Shown here: one piece after another, positions 38,530 through 50,841 of the stretch
Position numbering within the stretch: position 1 is the first letter of the stretch
How the letters are laid out: every line of letters starts with the position of its first letter
Assembly: GCA_951406725.2 (NCBI GenBank)
Contig: OX597826.1
Span: 38,750,001 to 38,814,000 of the forward strand
Length of the DNA: 64,000 nt
Origin: Octopus vulgaris
Lineage: Eukaryota
Reading direction: 5' to 3'
The notes under the pieces: generated by a model
The model's input: the letters and a program-made list of their open reading frames with translations, nothing else
Database searches by the model: none
Told to the model about the DNA's origin: nothing
Made by a program: the position numbers and the translations under genes

Positions 38530-39380
38530 TCTAGATTAGTTCATTGACATCCTCTCCAAATTCCTACTGAAACATAATACCAATGTCAGACATTTCAAAA
38601 CTAGAAAAGTCTGCCCTTATACGTCGTCAAAGTGACAACACAATTGTCATCAAACAAGCAGACAAAGGGTGCCATTATCATAATGGATACATAATATTAC
38701 CAGAATCTAGCAGAAGATCATTTAAAAGATACAACGTTCTACCATGAAATACTCTCAAATATTGACGCTACATCATGAAGAAACTCAATTATTTAGTCTC
38801 ACAACATTATAACTCCCTCACTTCTAATGAAAGGGACTATATTACCAATTTCAAATTGAAATCCAGCAACTTCTATGGCTTACCCAAAATACATAACTCA
38901 AAAGAAATACAGAACGCTATAAAGGAACAAGGTTGTGAATTTATAAAATTACCACAACCAGAGGACTTTAAACTAAGACTCGTTATAGCTGGTCTGGCCT
39001 GTTCTACACATTGTCTGAGCAACCTCAATTTCATTCAAGATGACATTGACTTCTTGTCACATCTGCCCAAACAACAGAATCCCATTCACTGTCAGTGTTG
39101 ATGTAACAAACTTATATACAAACATTCCACATGATTTGGGACTTACTGCTATAAAATATTGGGTCGAGAAACATAGGGAAGCGATCCTGAGTAGATTTAC
39201 TATAACCTTCATACTAGACATGGTCAGCCTCATTCTCAAAAACAATACATTCCTTTTTCAACAGAGAAAAACTACCTCCAAATTTGAAGCGCAGCTATGG
39301 GGATGCAATTTGCTCCAGTTTTTGCAAACTCAGTATTGGGATACTTGGAACAAAACCTATATAAAGAAACTGAAGAGAAC
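38530..39380 (+). mobile_element. Penelope-like RT remnant
   Basis: IVIKQADKG, FYGLPKIH, SVDVTNLYTNIPH, ILKNNTF, AMGMQFAPVFAN. Confidence 0.85.
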
Positions 39381-39487
39381 TACGTCAGGTGGGACAGGAT
39401 GAAGGAGTGATTGGAGTTGGTATAGTTTAGTGTGAGCAAGAAAAGTCATGGAGAAGGCAGTTGAGATGGAGAATGAAATGTATGTGC

Positions 39488-39541
<54 letters not shown>

Positions 39542-40598
39542 AGTTTATAGATCCAATGGAGGTAGAATCAACAAAAGAAGTATTCCATCTAATGAGAAAT
39601 AAATATCAGTTTAATACACAACCAAAAGAGCTACTAGTAGTTTCACGCTTTTTATGATACTTGAACAGACATATTTATAAAATGCAGCATGTACCTCCAA
39701 GCAGTCTTTTAGGCTCTGTTTATGTGTTATATAAATTTTAAAAAGCAAGGATGCTGGACAATACCTAATATTGCCAGTTCATAGTTAGATTCAACAACAG
39801 AAAATTATACAGTCCATCTTCTAATCATAAGACCCTTGGATTTAATAATCTAAATAATAGCAAAAATCAACAGGGATCTAATCTTCAGAACAATAATATA
39901 CATCTTAACCCAACAATAACCCTAACCTGTCTAATCACGTAAATAAACTCTGTAATTGTATAAATAAATCCTTGTGTTCACTTGTTGTTTAATCTTTACT
40001 ATATCAATTAAGCTGTAAATCAGTTTATAAGATGTCCTTATATGTATCATTGATCTTCCTTATATCTTTACTTGTAACTAAGCTACCAGCATGTATCTAG
40101 TGCTATATTAATGCTACTAGTTTACAATAAAAGTAGCTCCTCTGAATTGATTCTAGATCTGTTTCCCATACTTTATTTTACCTTATTTTATTTTATTTGG
40201 ATCTTTTCAGTTTGGTGCCCAATTATAGAAAATTCAAAGTTTATTGAATATTTTAAAATTTGGTACATTAATGTAGTTTTCCAAGCTGAATCTCAGGAGA
40301 TATTTCACTTTGACCAGAAAAAACTTTAAAACATTATAGAGGTTTAAAATTTGATCATTTTCACCCAGTCAGTAAACAGGATTTGGAAGCTGTCATTTTG
40401 TGCGTGATGTGTCTTAATATGAAACTTTAAATACATCTTTATGAATTTGTGTTGCAAGATTCCTGATATGAAACCATGTGTTGAAACAGATATTGTTGTA
40501 TTTCAGGATGATAATTTTTTTTTACTAAATAAACACATACACACTATATATTCATTCTTCACTCATTTATTACTGTTCTTATTCTAACTCATGTCCAT

Positions 40599-40643
40599 TG
40601 TCCAGAAATCTTTCGTCACACATCTGTGACCTCTTCAGTGACA
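40599..40643 (-). ncRNA. Minimal hammerhead motif in a Penelope-type terminal repeat (40450-40665)
   Basis: Minus strand tgtca-CTGAAGA-g-gtcaca gatg tgtgac-GAAA-gat-TTC-tggaca. Confidence 0.7.
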
Positions 40644-43477
40644 CTTTCCATCTTCGTGTATCCTCTTAAATAAATCAACTTCTGCTTTATGCATGCACAA
40701 CATATAACCCCTCATAACTTTTTTCTTTTTGGAATTTTCAGAAGATTTTAGCAAATTTGTATTCTACACTCAGGAATTCATACATTTATGCAAAAACCAA
40801 AAAAAAAAAAAAAAAAAAAAAATTAGGAGGTACATGATTTAAAGCCTATATGGATGTTATTTTTAGCACATCTCTCAACCAGCAGATAGGCACAAGCAGC
40901 AGAATGCAGCATCAGTGTACATGCTTTTGCATAGAATATATTTGTCAACACATGCTATCTCACAAACAAAGGAGTTTTTATGTTAGGCTTGTTACCAAGG
41001 AAACAAGCACGAATGTGTCTGTGGCTTAGGATTGGCTAAAATTACCCAACATTTTCAAACTTTAAAAGCTAACAACTTTTTAGTTATTGATTTATTGCGA
41101 AAATGAATTTCAAAGTATATAAAACCATATCCTTACAGCGAATATGAAATTAATTTGATCAGGAATTGAAGAGATTGAAAACTGGCAGCTAAACAAAAAA
41201 GCCCTTTATTTCATTTAGTATCTTTCCCCACTTTACCTTATTGTTTCCATTTACATTTTACGTAATTGTAATCATAAATATAACAAAAATATTTTAACTC
41301 TTATAACTGCCAACACAATAAGCATGATAGAGTTAGTATTTGCATGAATATTGTCTGTGTGTGTGTATGTGTGCATGCATGTATGAATATCTATAAATTG
41401 ATACATATAAATGATACTATAATTTGTTTTGGTCAATTAAACTAATTACTACTCTGATATTAGTGTTTTGTGTTAGAACTGGGGAGGTGAGGTATTTGTG
41501 CTTGTCAATATTCATATATGAATGTATGTATCTGTGTGAATGTGCTTGTGAATAGTCATATAATGTATATGGTCAATTCCATCCTTCAAAATCAGCAGTG
41601 CATGAAATTCCAACAGCTTAGGCCCTACCTATTTTCTTCTTTTCTTTTTTCTCCATACTTCCCATTCTATTTGTTTCCTCTTTACCATTTGCTTTATTCA
41701 TTTGAATAATAGGGATGGTCTACAGAATTTACTTTAGAAAACAAATCTATTTTAGTAGGCATATCTTTTTTTTTTTTTAGAGAGAAATTGATTTTTGATT
41801 TTTCTTATTTTACAATTTTTACTTTTTCTGAATTCTGACTGGTTTATTAATCTTCTTTTTTTTTTAATTATATTGCATTTATCTACAGCTTCTTTCCCTA
41901 ATTTGCATTGATCTACAGTAATGATTGTAGTTGAAACCATACATGGTGACCTATCCAATACATCTATAATTTGTGATATATATTGAGACTAGCTTAAGGT
42001 GACCCGCTCTTCACACGCAAGTGAGCGTGTGGTTGTTACTTTCTGTTTCTTATCACCAGATTCTCCCTCTTTGTTTTTCTCTCCTTTCTCTCTCACTTTC
42101 CCACTCTCTTACTCTTCCTTTCTCTCAGACTCTCCCTCGCTTTCTCTTACTCTCTATCTTTCTCTATCTATCTCTCTCCCATTTATAAAAAAACAAAAGA
42201 TCTTGAGTAAGTTGAGAAAGGAAATATTTTGAAAGATCAATCATAAATATCAGGCAGTGACAACGGAAAGCACACTTGCCTTTTGCATGTGCCACTATTT
42301 GAGCAATTGAGGAATTTTTAGTCGACTGTATCAACCCCAGAATTTTTTTTATTTTCTTACTTGTTTGAGACATTAGACTGCAGCTATGCTGGGGCACCGC
42401 TTTGAAGAATTTTTATTTGCAGAAAAATCAGCCTTTTAAATTTCAAATAGCCCTTTTGTTACCATATTTCTGTTGAGATACTCTCTGTTTCTTTCAATTA
42501 ATTTTAAATATAACAAAGAATTTAGTAAAATAACTTAGTTATTGTTAAGCTAGTGTTAGGAACATAAAATCTTTCACCAAAACCTTAGTCACAATTTAAT
42601 TCAAAACTTTTGATAACAAGACCTTTGTACTACAGAGCCAGAGGCAGTTTCAGGTGAGTTGGTATCAAAAGGGTTAAAGTCTTTTATTTTCTTCTCTTTA
42701 TATTTAGAGATTAATGAGAATGAGCCAACCTTTTGAACTTTCTTCAGCCGTTCAAAGTATAACAGAATTATGACACTGAAGGCTAGTCATTCAAATGTGC
42801 TTCTTATCGTTTCTATCTTTTTACAGACTTCTTGAAGTAAATGCCTTTCTCTTTGTTACAATTAAGACACTATATACATTGAGTAGTAAAAAGTCTTGTG
42901 TTCTGTTATTCTTTTTACTTATTTATTTTCAATTGAATATATTTTTGTTTAATTGAAAAATTAGAATTTTGGAAAAAAAAAAGTTTCCGATTTTGCTTAT
43001 GTGAAATTAGAAAAGACCTTCTAGGCTTAACTTCATGCGTTGGTTGAAAATCACCTAAAAAAATTCTGGAGTCAATACATTCAACTAACAATTCTTCAAG
43101 TGGTGCCCCAGCATGGCCAATCTAATGATTTAACAAGTACAAAAACAACCAAAAAATGAAATATATCACCAAGGTCATTTTGACCAGGTTTAAAAAAAAA
43201 TTCTAGATTCTATACAGCCATCTAAAAATTCTTCAAGTTGGTGTCCTAGCATGGCCACAGTCAAATAACTGCAACAAGTAAAAAGGGGGAAAAAATTCTG
43301 GTGTTGGTACATTCAGCTAAAAATTCTTCAAGGCAGGGTCCCGGCATGGCCACAGTCTAATGACTGAAACAAATAAAAGAGGAAAAAAAAACGAAAAAAT
43401 AACTGAAAAATATAACCACTTTCACACTAACTATGGGTGTTTTGTCTGTGGGGCTTTTGTCCTACACTCATATAAAT

Positions 43478-43620
43478 CATCATCATCATCATCGTTTAAC
43501 GTCTGCTTTCCATGCTGACATGGGTTAGACAGTTTGACTGAGGACTGGCAAGCCAGAAGGCTGCACCAGGCTCCAATCTCATCTGGCAATGTTTCTACAG
43601 CTTGATGCCCTTCCTAATGC
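43478..43620 (-). repeat. RTE-tail-like repeat
   Basis: catcatcatcgtttaacgtctgctttccatg... Confidence 0.7.
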
Positions 43621-43624
43621 TCTC

Positions 43625-43985
43625 CCAGAGTTTTACATTGAAGTTCCCTTTTCGGTTGTGGTTAAGCTTTTTCCCTTTTACCAAGCCACTGTTTACAATG
43701 TTTAACATTTCGATAGAAGATCCATTTTTCATCACCAGTCACAAGTCTATCCAAAACAGGTGAAATGAGTTTGCGAGAATGGAGAGAAGAGTAGATGTCA
43801 ACTCGGGATTTGCAGTTGTTTTCCGACAATTCATGAGGCACCCATTTTCCAAGTTTAGAAACCTTTCCAAGTTGTTGAAGATGACAATGAACAGTTGTAT
43901 GGTTTGAACTAAGCTTTATTGCCAGTTTTTCAACTGATAAAGCAGGATTTTCTTCAAGTAATGCCTCAAGGAGCTTATCATCATA
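43625..43985 (-). mobile_element. mariner transposase fragment
   Basis: KLGKWVPHELSE and LVTGDEKWIFY in ORF 43662-43988. Confidence 0.9.
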
Positions 43986-44154
43986 CATACATACATATGT
44001 GGAAAATCGGTGTGTGTTTGTTTGTGGTGTTGTTATCTAACTCCTACATCGTTTTATCGATTTTGATGAAACTTGACACGTGAGTAGAATTCATGTCTGG
44101 AAACCTTGACATACTTAGATTGTAGATAAAAATTGAAAATATGGCTCATGGAAG

Positions 44155-44522
44155 GGAGATTAGGAAGTTAAAAATTGTTTATTATTAACAACAAATTGGT
44201 CACCTTCATTTCTTACAGCTGTTTCAATTGATACTCAGTAATTTAATTGCAAATTTGTACATTAAATTTACTTACACTTATGTAACATGTGTATAGTTTC
44301 ATCAGAGGAGAAAAGATGTATCTTTGGATGTCATATGTAGGCTTATCAATTCATTTCAGCAGCCTGCTGAAATGAATTAAAACACCCACTTATAACATCG
44401 AAATATAAATTTAATGGACAAATTTGTAATTAAATTACAGAGTATTAACTGAAACGGCTGTAAGAAGCGAAGATGACTAATTTGTTGTTACTAATAAACA
44501 ATTATTAACTTCCTAATCTCCA
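44155..44522. repeat. ~115-bp inverted repeat with hammerhead-like motif (minus 44211-44308)
   Basis: Arms 44155-44270 and 44406-44522; GAAAC(A/G)GCTGTA in both arms; CTGATGA on minus at 44299-44305. Confidence 0.65.
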
Positions 44523-44585
44523 TTTTCTTTTCTTCTTTTAAATATTACCCTACAACTCCACTTTGTTATATATATAGATATATAG

Positions 44586-44635
<50 letters not shown>

Positions 44636-44792
44636 CAAGTAGAAAGATAAATTTTAATCAACGCGTAGATACTGAACAGTATATATATAAAGGATAAAAT
44701 CCTTTTTTTTTGTAAAAGTAGAAAAATTTGCTTGCAGCCAACCATGAGGATCGAACTCACACCTCTCCAATATCCGGTCATATATATATATA

Positions 44793-45041
44793 TCGTTGCT
44801 ATTATGCTAAAGTGTCGTAAGTCCAAACATTGCTTTTTCAGAAAACGAAAAAATAGTTTCACCATTCCATAGCAAAACCGTTGTATTACTCTTTGACAAT
44901 TTTTGACATTTTGGCATCTGAAGCAGCTGGAAATACAATAGCTTGACCAATAGAATCAGCTATTGCAAGCAAAAATAAATATTGAAAAAAAACACACTTG
45001 GCCAAATTTGAATATACAACAGTTTAGCATAATAGCAACGG
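44793..45041. mobile_element. Tc1/mariner-type MITE
   Basis: TIR cgttgctattatgctaaa / tttagcataatagcaacg; left end in a TA run. Confidence 0.7.
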
Positions 45042-45144
45042 TGTGTGTGTGCATGCACGTATAGAGAGAGACTGTGTGCTTTTCAAAAGAGGAGAAATAA
45101 TAAGAACATAAACGATTGCATAATAAAAAAAAAAGGTAGTCTCT

Positions 45145-45300
45145 GTACTTTACTCTTTTACTCTTTTACTTGTTTCAGTCATTTGACTGCGGCCATGCTG
45201 GAGCACCGCCTTTAGTCGAGCAAATCGACCCCGGGACTTATTCTTTCTAAGCCCAGTACTTATTCTATTGGTCTCTTTTTGCCGAACCGCTAAGTGACAG
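45145..45300 (-). mobile_element. Family B SINE, 3' half
   Basis: tcttttacttgtttcagtcatttgactgcggccatgctgg. Confidence 0.75.
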
Positions 45301-45439
45301 TTATATTATTAATGAAGAAGAAACAGCTGTAATTTATGAGATGTGTCATTAGTTTGTATAAAATATTTAAATTGAAATGAATTTATATTTGTTCAATTTA
45401 TTGTTTTGTTTTCCATTTCTTATTTATATATATGTATTT

Positions 45440-45793
45440 AAGTTAAGTTAATTTTTTGGCTCAAAAAGCAAAAAGCAAGGCCATGTAGGGGGAACATGGA
45501 GTTATGTACAGGGTGGTGTTCATGCAAAGAGTTCAGGCCATTTGTGGTCAAGGGAGACTTTGAACCGAGCAGTCATTGGCATCTTGACTATCTCGTCTGG
45601 CAGCTTATTCCACGGATCCGCAACCCGGACGGAGAAAGCCTCTCTCCTTCGATTGAAATGAAATCATCGCAGATAGAGCTTTTCGGAGTGACTCCGCAGC
45701 CGACGTGACTCCGCAGGAGTGAAGAACAGCTCTTTCGAGAGGTTACACTTTCCGCTTATGATGTTGTGAGCAAGAATGAGATCACCACGGCGT
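45440..45793 (-). mobile_element. CR1-type LINE 3' end
   Basis: Minus strand FSVRVADPWNKLPDEIVKMP..ARFKVSLD; same family as 14460 and 50361. Confidence 0.75.
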
Positions 45794-46376
45794 CACACAC
45801 ACACACTCATTTGACTAAAAATTCTCCAAGGCGGTCCCTCAGCATGGCTGCAGTCTATTGACTGAAACAAGTAAAAGATAAAAGATACACATATGATGAA
45901 CTCTCCCATCAAAAACGACATATCAGCATTCAGCTTTTTGCTGATCAACCTGCACAAATTATTTGCTTATAGTGATCAAGTGTATGTGCTGTACTTTAGC
46001 TCACTCCCACTATTAAACCAATGTTGTCCAAACAGGTGCATGTAAGATGAAGGGACTTTGCTCAACAATGCTTCACCCAGTCTAAGAAGTGAAACTGCGA
46101 TCTCACAATCATGAATGCAACACCCTGACTACTAGGCCATACGTCCTCACTGTATGTGTATATACATATACACAGACATATATATAATTAATGGCATGAC
46201 AAAGGAACAGGAATTATGCAATTATCTTCATTAGCTTACAGCTGTTTCTGCTATAAGAAGCAGTGCACTTAGAGCTGAGTGCTTGTGCATCACTTTATAG
46301 CCTCCTTGGAGCCTTTAAGATGAAATTTATGTTTATTTGGGAAAACATTGTCCAGTTTACTGAGTAAAAAAAAATG

Positions 46377-46407
<31 letters not shown>

Positions 46408-46559
46408 GTCTAACATCATACACACATGCATTTATGTATTTGTTTTACAAAATTCTTGATGTTAAATTGTGTGCTGAAACATATATTGTTACATTTGTGG
46501 GTGGTCATATTTGCCAACAAGCACAAGCACTATTTATTTGGTGTTCACTTTAGCCTTAT

Positions 46560-46756
46560 TATTATCACTAGTTTATTTGTTATACTTCTCTCATCACACA
46601 TTCTGTGACCTTTTCACATCTTGTCTTTCTGAGAAAAGAAAGAATGGAATAGGCAGGACAAGACTAGAGAGAAGAGGAGACATGAAAAACAGGCAGTCTT
46701 TGAAGAGGTCACAGAATGTGTGATGAAAGAACTCTGACAAATAAACTAATAATAAT
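46560..46756. repeat. Degenerate inverted pair of hammerhead-bearing terminal repeats
   Basis: tcatcacacattctgtgacc versus ggtcacagaatgtgtgatgaaag; the flanks tagtttatttgt / acaaataaacta pair. Confidence 0.6.
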
Positions 46757-46760
46757 CATA

Positions 46761-48142
46761 ATAGTGAAGAACATAGGAAAATCCTTCAAAAGGTAATATA
46801 AATATGCAGTTTGGCACACCTATAGTTTAAAACAAGCTCTTTAAGATAGGCATAACTGCTAATTGAAAATCGAAACTGGCGGCCAAAATCCAAGATGGCG
46901 TCGAACATTAAAATTTTATAATTGCAATGAACAGGAAATAAGTTTTATTATAATAAACATTATTTATTATGCAATATTTTACACAAATGGTCTTATATTT
47001 ACCTTTTGAATAATTTTTCTACTATCTTCTTCCCTAATTCAGGTTATACAGGTTTCATCGTCAATCAAATGCATGGACAGGTACAAAGGAAAGTACAAGG
47101 AAGGGTTGACTTCTTGCATGTGCTACATCCTGCACACTCAGTTTTGCTTAGGCACTTTTTAAGTGCTTGACATTGTTCTGCTATGGCATTTAGTTCAGTC
47201 CAGTGAATGTGCCATCATCATTATTTTTCCACCCCCAGGTGACAGGTAATGGCAGTGCTGGCTTCGTCTGGAGAGCCTGGCCCCATATGTGACCCACCAG
47301 ATATGTAGCTCTGCCTGATATGTATAACCTGAATTAGTGAAGATAGTAGAAAAATCCTTCAAGAGGCAGATGTAAGGCCATTTGTGTAAAATATTGCATC
47401 TCTCTCTATATAAACGGCAGTTTGTCTGTGCGTGTTTCTGTGTGTCTGTTTGCTTGTACCCTCACCCTGACCACGGCTTTCAACCAATTCTGATGAAACT
47501 TGACACACACATAGCCCAATGTCATAATTCAAAACTAACGCAGCAAAAATTTTGAAAAGTTCCCCCAGTTCTGAAAAAAATCGATAAATTCGACATGGGG
47601 TCGAGAATCAGAAACACAAACCGCAAACTGTCTAGGGGACGCAACTCCACCTTTTTTAACTAAAAAAAAATTTACCATCATTTTTTGCTATTTTGGGGCT
47701 ATAACTCTCTAAAAATGCTTTATAGTTATTTCCCTTACAAACCTGAGCAACGCCGGGCGATACTGCTAGTAATAAATAATGTTTATTATAATAAACCTTA
47801 TTTCCTTTTCATCACAATTATTGATCTTTAATGTTGGACGCCATCTTAGATTTTGGCCGTCATTTTCGATTTACACATTAGCAATCATGCCTATCTTAAA
47901 GAGCATGTTTTAAACTATAGATGTGCAAGACTGCTTATTTGTATCACCTTTTGAAGGATTTTTCAATCTTCTTCACTATAATGGTGGACGCCATCTAGGA
48001 TTTTGGTCGCCATTTTCGACTTTCACATTGGCAATCATGCCTATCTTAAAGAGCATGTTTTAAATTAGAAGTGTGTCAAATTGCATGCTTGTATTACCTT
48101 TTGAAGGATGCTTACAAAATTTGACATTTATCCTGCTGACTG
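46761..48142. mobile_element. Foldback DNA-transposon derivative (AcademX-like) with ~290-bp inverted arms and a Cys-rich C-terminal coding remnant
   Basis: Arms 46761-47050 and 47321-47980 (excluding the Helitron insert); subterminal repeat 47981-48110. The centre on minus encodes RATYLVGHIWGQ..P.TWGW / C..LKKC..K.EC..C..CKK..LPCT.LC.C. Confidence 0.6.
47399..47769 (+). mobile_element. Non-autonomous Helitron, intact ends
   Basis: 5'-TC; 3' hairpin cctgagcaacgccggg + CTAG; inserted at A|T without TSD (the empty site is visible in the opposite arm). Confidence 0.9.
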
Positions 48143-48744
48143 TCTCCAAATATAACAATATATATATCTATACATATAAAGCTGAGAATGAGTCTGTCTG
48201 TCTGTCTGTCTGCCTATTTCTCTGTATGTGTGCATCATAAAACTCAAGAACTACCCAACAGATTTCAATCAAATTTTATACATGCCTTACTTAGGGTCCA
48301 TGCAGTATCATGGGCCAAAAACTTCTCACAGTATTCACTATTTTCCTCTTGTTCTTGTCTAATGGCCCTCCATGTTTGTTTGTGTTCGGTTTCCTTGTGT
48401 GTCTCCACTGTCATGTTTTTATTCTCAATTTTGACCTCCATAAATCCTAACTTTTATTTTAGAATTTATGGGAGCAATTGTCTTTGAAGACTCATATCAT
48501 ATTGTCGTTGAATGCTTGAAATGAGGAGTAGATAGACAGCCAACAACTGATGGAGGGTCCTTTCTCTGTGTTTATTTGGCCTGTTCTCCATTTTTTTTCT
48601 CGTTTATGTATTTAACTTGTTTGTTTACGTATTTCATGTTGTTTGAACCGTTGGTGATGTGCTGTACTCATATATGCATGTATATGTGTATGTGTATACA
48701 TCTACACACACACACATATATATATATATGTGTGTGTGTGTGTA

Positions 48745-48918
48745 AAAAGCACCCACTACACTCACGGAGTGGTTGGCGTTAGGAAGGGCATCCAGCTGTA
48801 GAAACACTGCCAGATCAGACTGGGCCTGGCGCAGCCTACTGGCTCCCCAAACCCCAGTTGAACTGTCCAACCTATGCTAGCATGGAAAACGGACGTTAAA
48901 CGATAATGATGATGATGA
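48745..48918 (+). repeat. RTE-tail-like repeat with (GAT)n end
   Basis: Near-identical to 18448-18619. Confidence 0.75.
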
Positions 48919-48999
48919 TATATATATATATTATATATATATATATATACACACACAAACACACATATACACATGTAAGGAACAGATAGATGTAGTTAG

Positions 49000-49046
49000 G
49001 CACTACATATGTTTCCAAAGCAGAAAAAAATCCTTTCTTCAGGTGC
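49000..49046 (-). ncRNA. Hammerhead-like motif (ATAT loop 3), stem II decayed
   Basis: Minus strand gcac-CTGAAGA...GAAAC-ATAT-GTA-gtgc. Confidence 0.55.
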
Positions 49047-49639
49047 GAGCTGCAAGGTTATCAATTCTGAAGCCACAATGGTTATCAGACTGTCATGTGC
49101 GAAAAGAAAAAGCCCATTAAGATATACTGTGTGGGAGAGGTAAGTGGCTTTAGCAAACAGCTAATTGCACGCCTTCTCCATAGTCTACTCAACAAGCATA
49201 AAAGTGGGTGTGGTTTCAAAGATACCAATTCATTATCTATATTATTTACAATAAGATGTGTATTCGAAGTGACATGGCTTTCAACTCTACACTTAGTTAA
49301 GTGTGTCAAGTAGACACCACATAAAAATAAGTTACACTCACAAGATAGGAAGATTTATAAATTAAAAATAGGTAAAATAAATTATAGAAAATAATAAAGA
49401 ACCAAAAATTTATAAGTAGTAAAAGTTGTTAATGGTTGAAAAGAGAATTAAAATAGAATAATAGAAAAGATTAATAAATATCAAATAAATTCTATGCAAA
49501 AATATTTATGACTACATATCTATACACACATATATAAAAGATAAAAGATAAAGAATGGAAAGATACTATTGACAAACATACACACATACAATCATATCCA
49601 ACACTAATGAATCCTAGTCAACTTGTTGGGTTGAATAAT

Positions 49640-49850
49640 GGCTTCAAATTTTGCCACAAGTGCAGCCACTTTGGGGGAGGGGCTGAGTCGATTACATCAA
49701 CCCCAGTGCTCCACTGGCACTTATTTTATTGACCCTGAAAGGATGAAAGGCAAAGTTGACCTCAGCGGAATTTAAACTCAGAACAAAAAGACAGACGAAA
49801 TACTGCTAAACATTTTGCCTGGCGTGCCAATGCTTCTGCCAGCTCGCCAC
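49640..49850 (-). mobile_element. Family A SINE
   Basis: gaaaggatgaaaggcaaagttgacctcagcggaattt...gccagctcgcc. Confidence 0.75.
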
Positions 49851-50089
49851 CTTTGTTGGGTTGAATAATAACATTCATTCAGATATCAAGTCTCACATAA
49901 TAGGGGAGATTATAACGTGAACCCTGCATGTAGTAATGGTCTGAGTAGGAATAATAACAATAATACTTAGTAAATCTTAACTGTATGTATAACTTTGCTA
50001 ACCCCAATATGAATAATGGTAATAATGTAACTAGTAACAACAGTATAATAACAAAAAATTATAGCTTGAATCAGGTTATAATGAGATCC

Positions 50090-50300
50090 ACAGGTAGATT
50101 ATCTAATTGTAAGTGTCCCTCTACCCAGCCTTTAGATAATAAATGCTTAATTAACATTATTTATAAACGTGAGGTTAGTACAAGACAATCTAAATATGTC
50201 TACATAAGTGATCCTTGTAATGACTATGTCCTGTTTACATAATCATTATCAGAGCTTCAGATAGTAGCACATCACTAAGAAGATTTGTGAGTTGAAGACG
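50090..50300 (+). mobile_element. Penelope GIY-YIG remnant
   Basis: CKC...PLDNKCLINIIYKREV...KYVYIS resembles CPL..KCL..N..Y.A.V...YIG. Confidence 0.45.
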
Positions 50301-50360
50301 GGCATAGTGGATCACTCAAGGAAATGGTGAATTGTTCAATGTGCAATCAAGTTAACATCA

Positions 50361-50628
50361 TTTAGTTAGTTAGTTAATTTGGCTCAAAAGCAAATAGCAA
50401 GGCCATGTAGGGGGACATGGAGTTAAGTACAGGGTGGTGTTCATGTAAAGAGTTCAGGCCACTTGAGGTCAAGGGAGGCTTTGAACAAAGCGGTCGTCGG
50501 CATCTTCACCATCTCGTCTGGCAGCTTGTTCCACGGATCCGCAACCCGGACGGAGAAAGCTCCTCTCCTTCAATTGAGATGAAATCGTCGCAGGTAGAGC
50601 TTTTCGGAATGACCCCGCAGCCGACGCT
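50361..50628 (-). mobile_element. CR1-type LINE 3' end with (AACT)n tail
   Basis: Same family as 45440 and 14460. Confidence 0.75.
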
Positions 50629-50841
50629 CTATAAATCTGATGTAATTATTATGACATGCAAATATCAATTATGCAAGATTTTCCTCTTAAACCTTAAATA
50701 GTAATATTGATTCTTATCAATACCCAGTGTCTTGTAAGGTGCCCAGCTTTCCATCCCGTCTAGAAATGTACATATATTTGTATAATGTTATTTTACTATA
50801 GTACTTATATTTTTAAAACAGATCTTTTACCTCATTGTATA

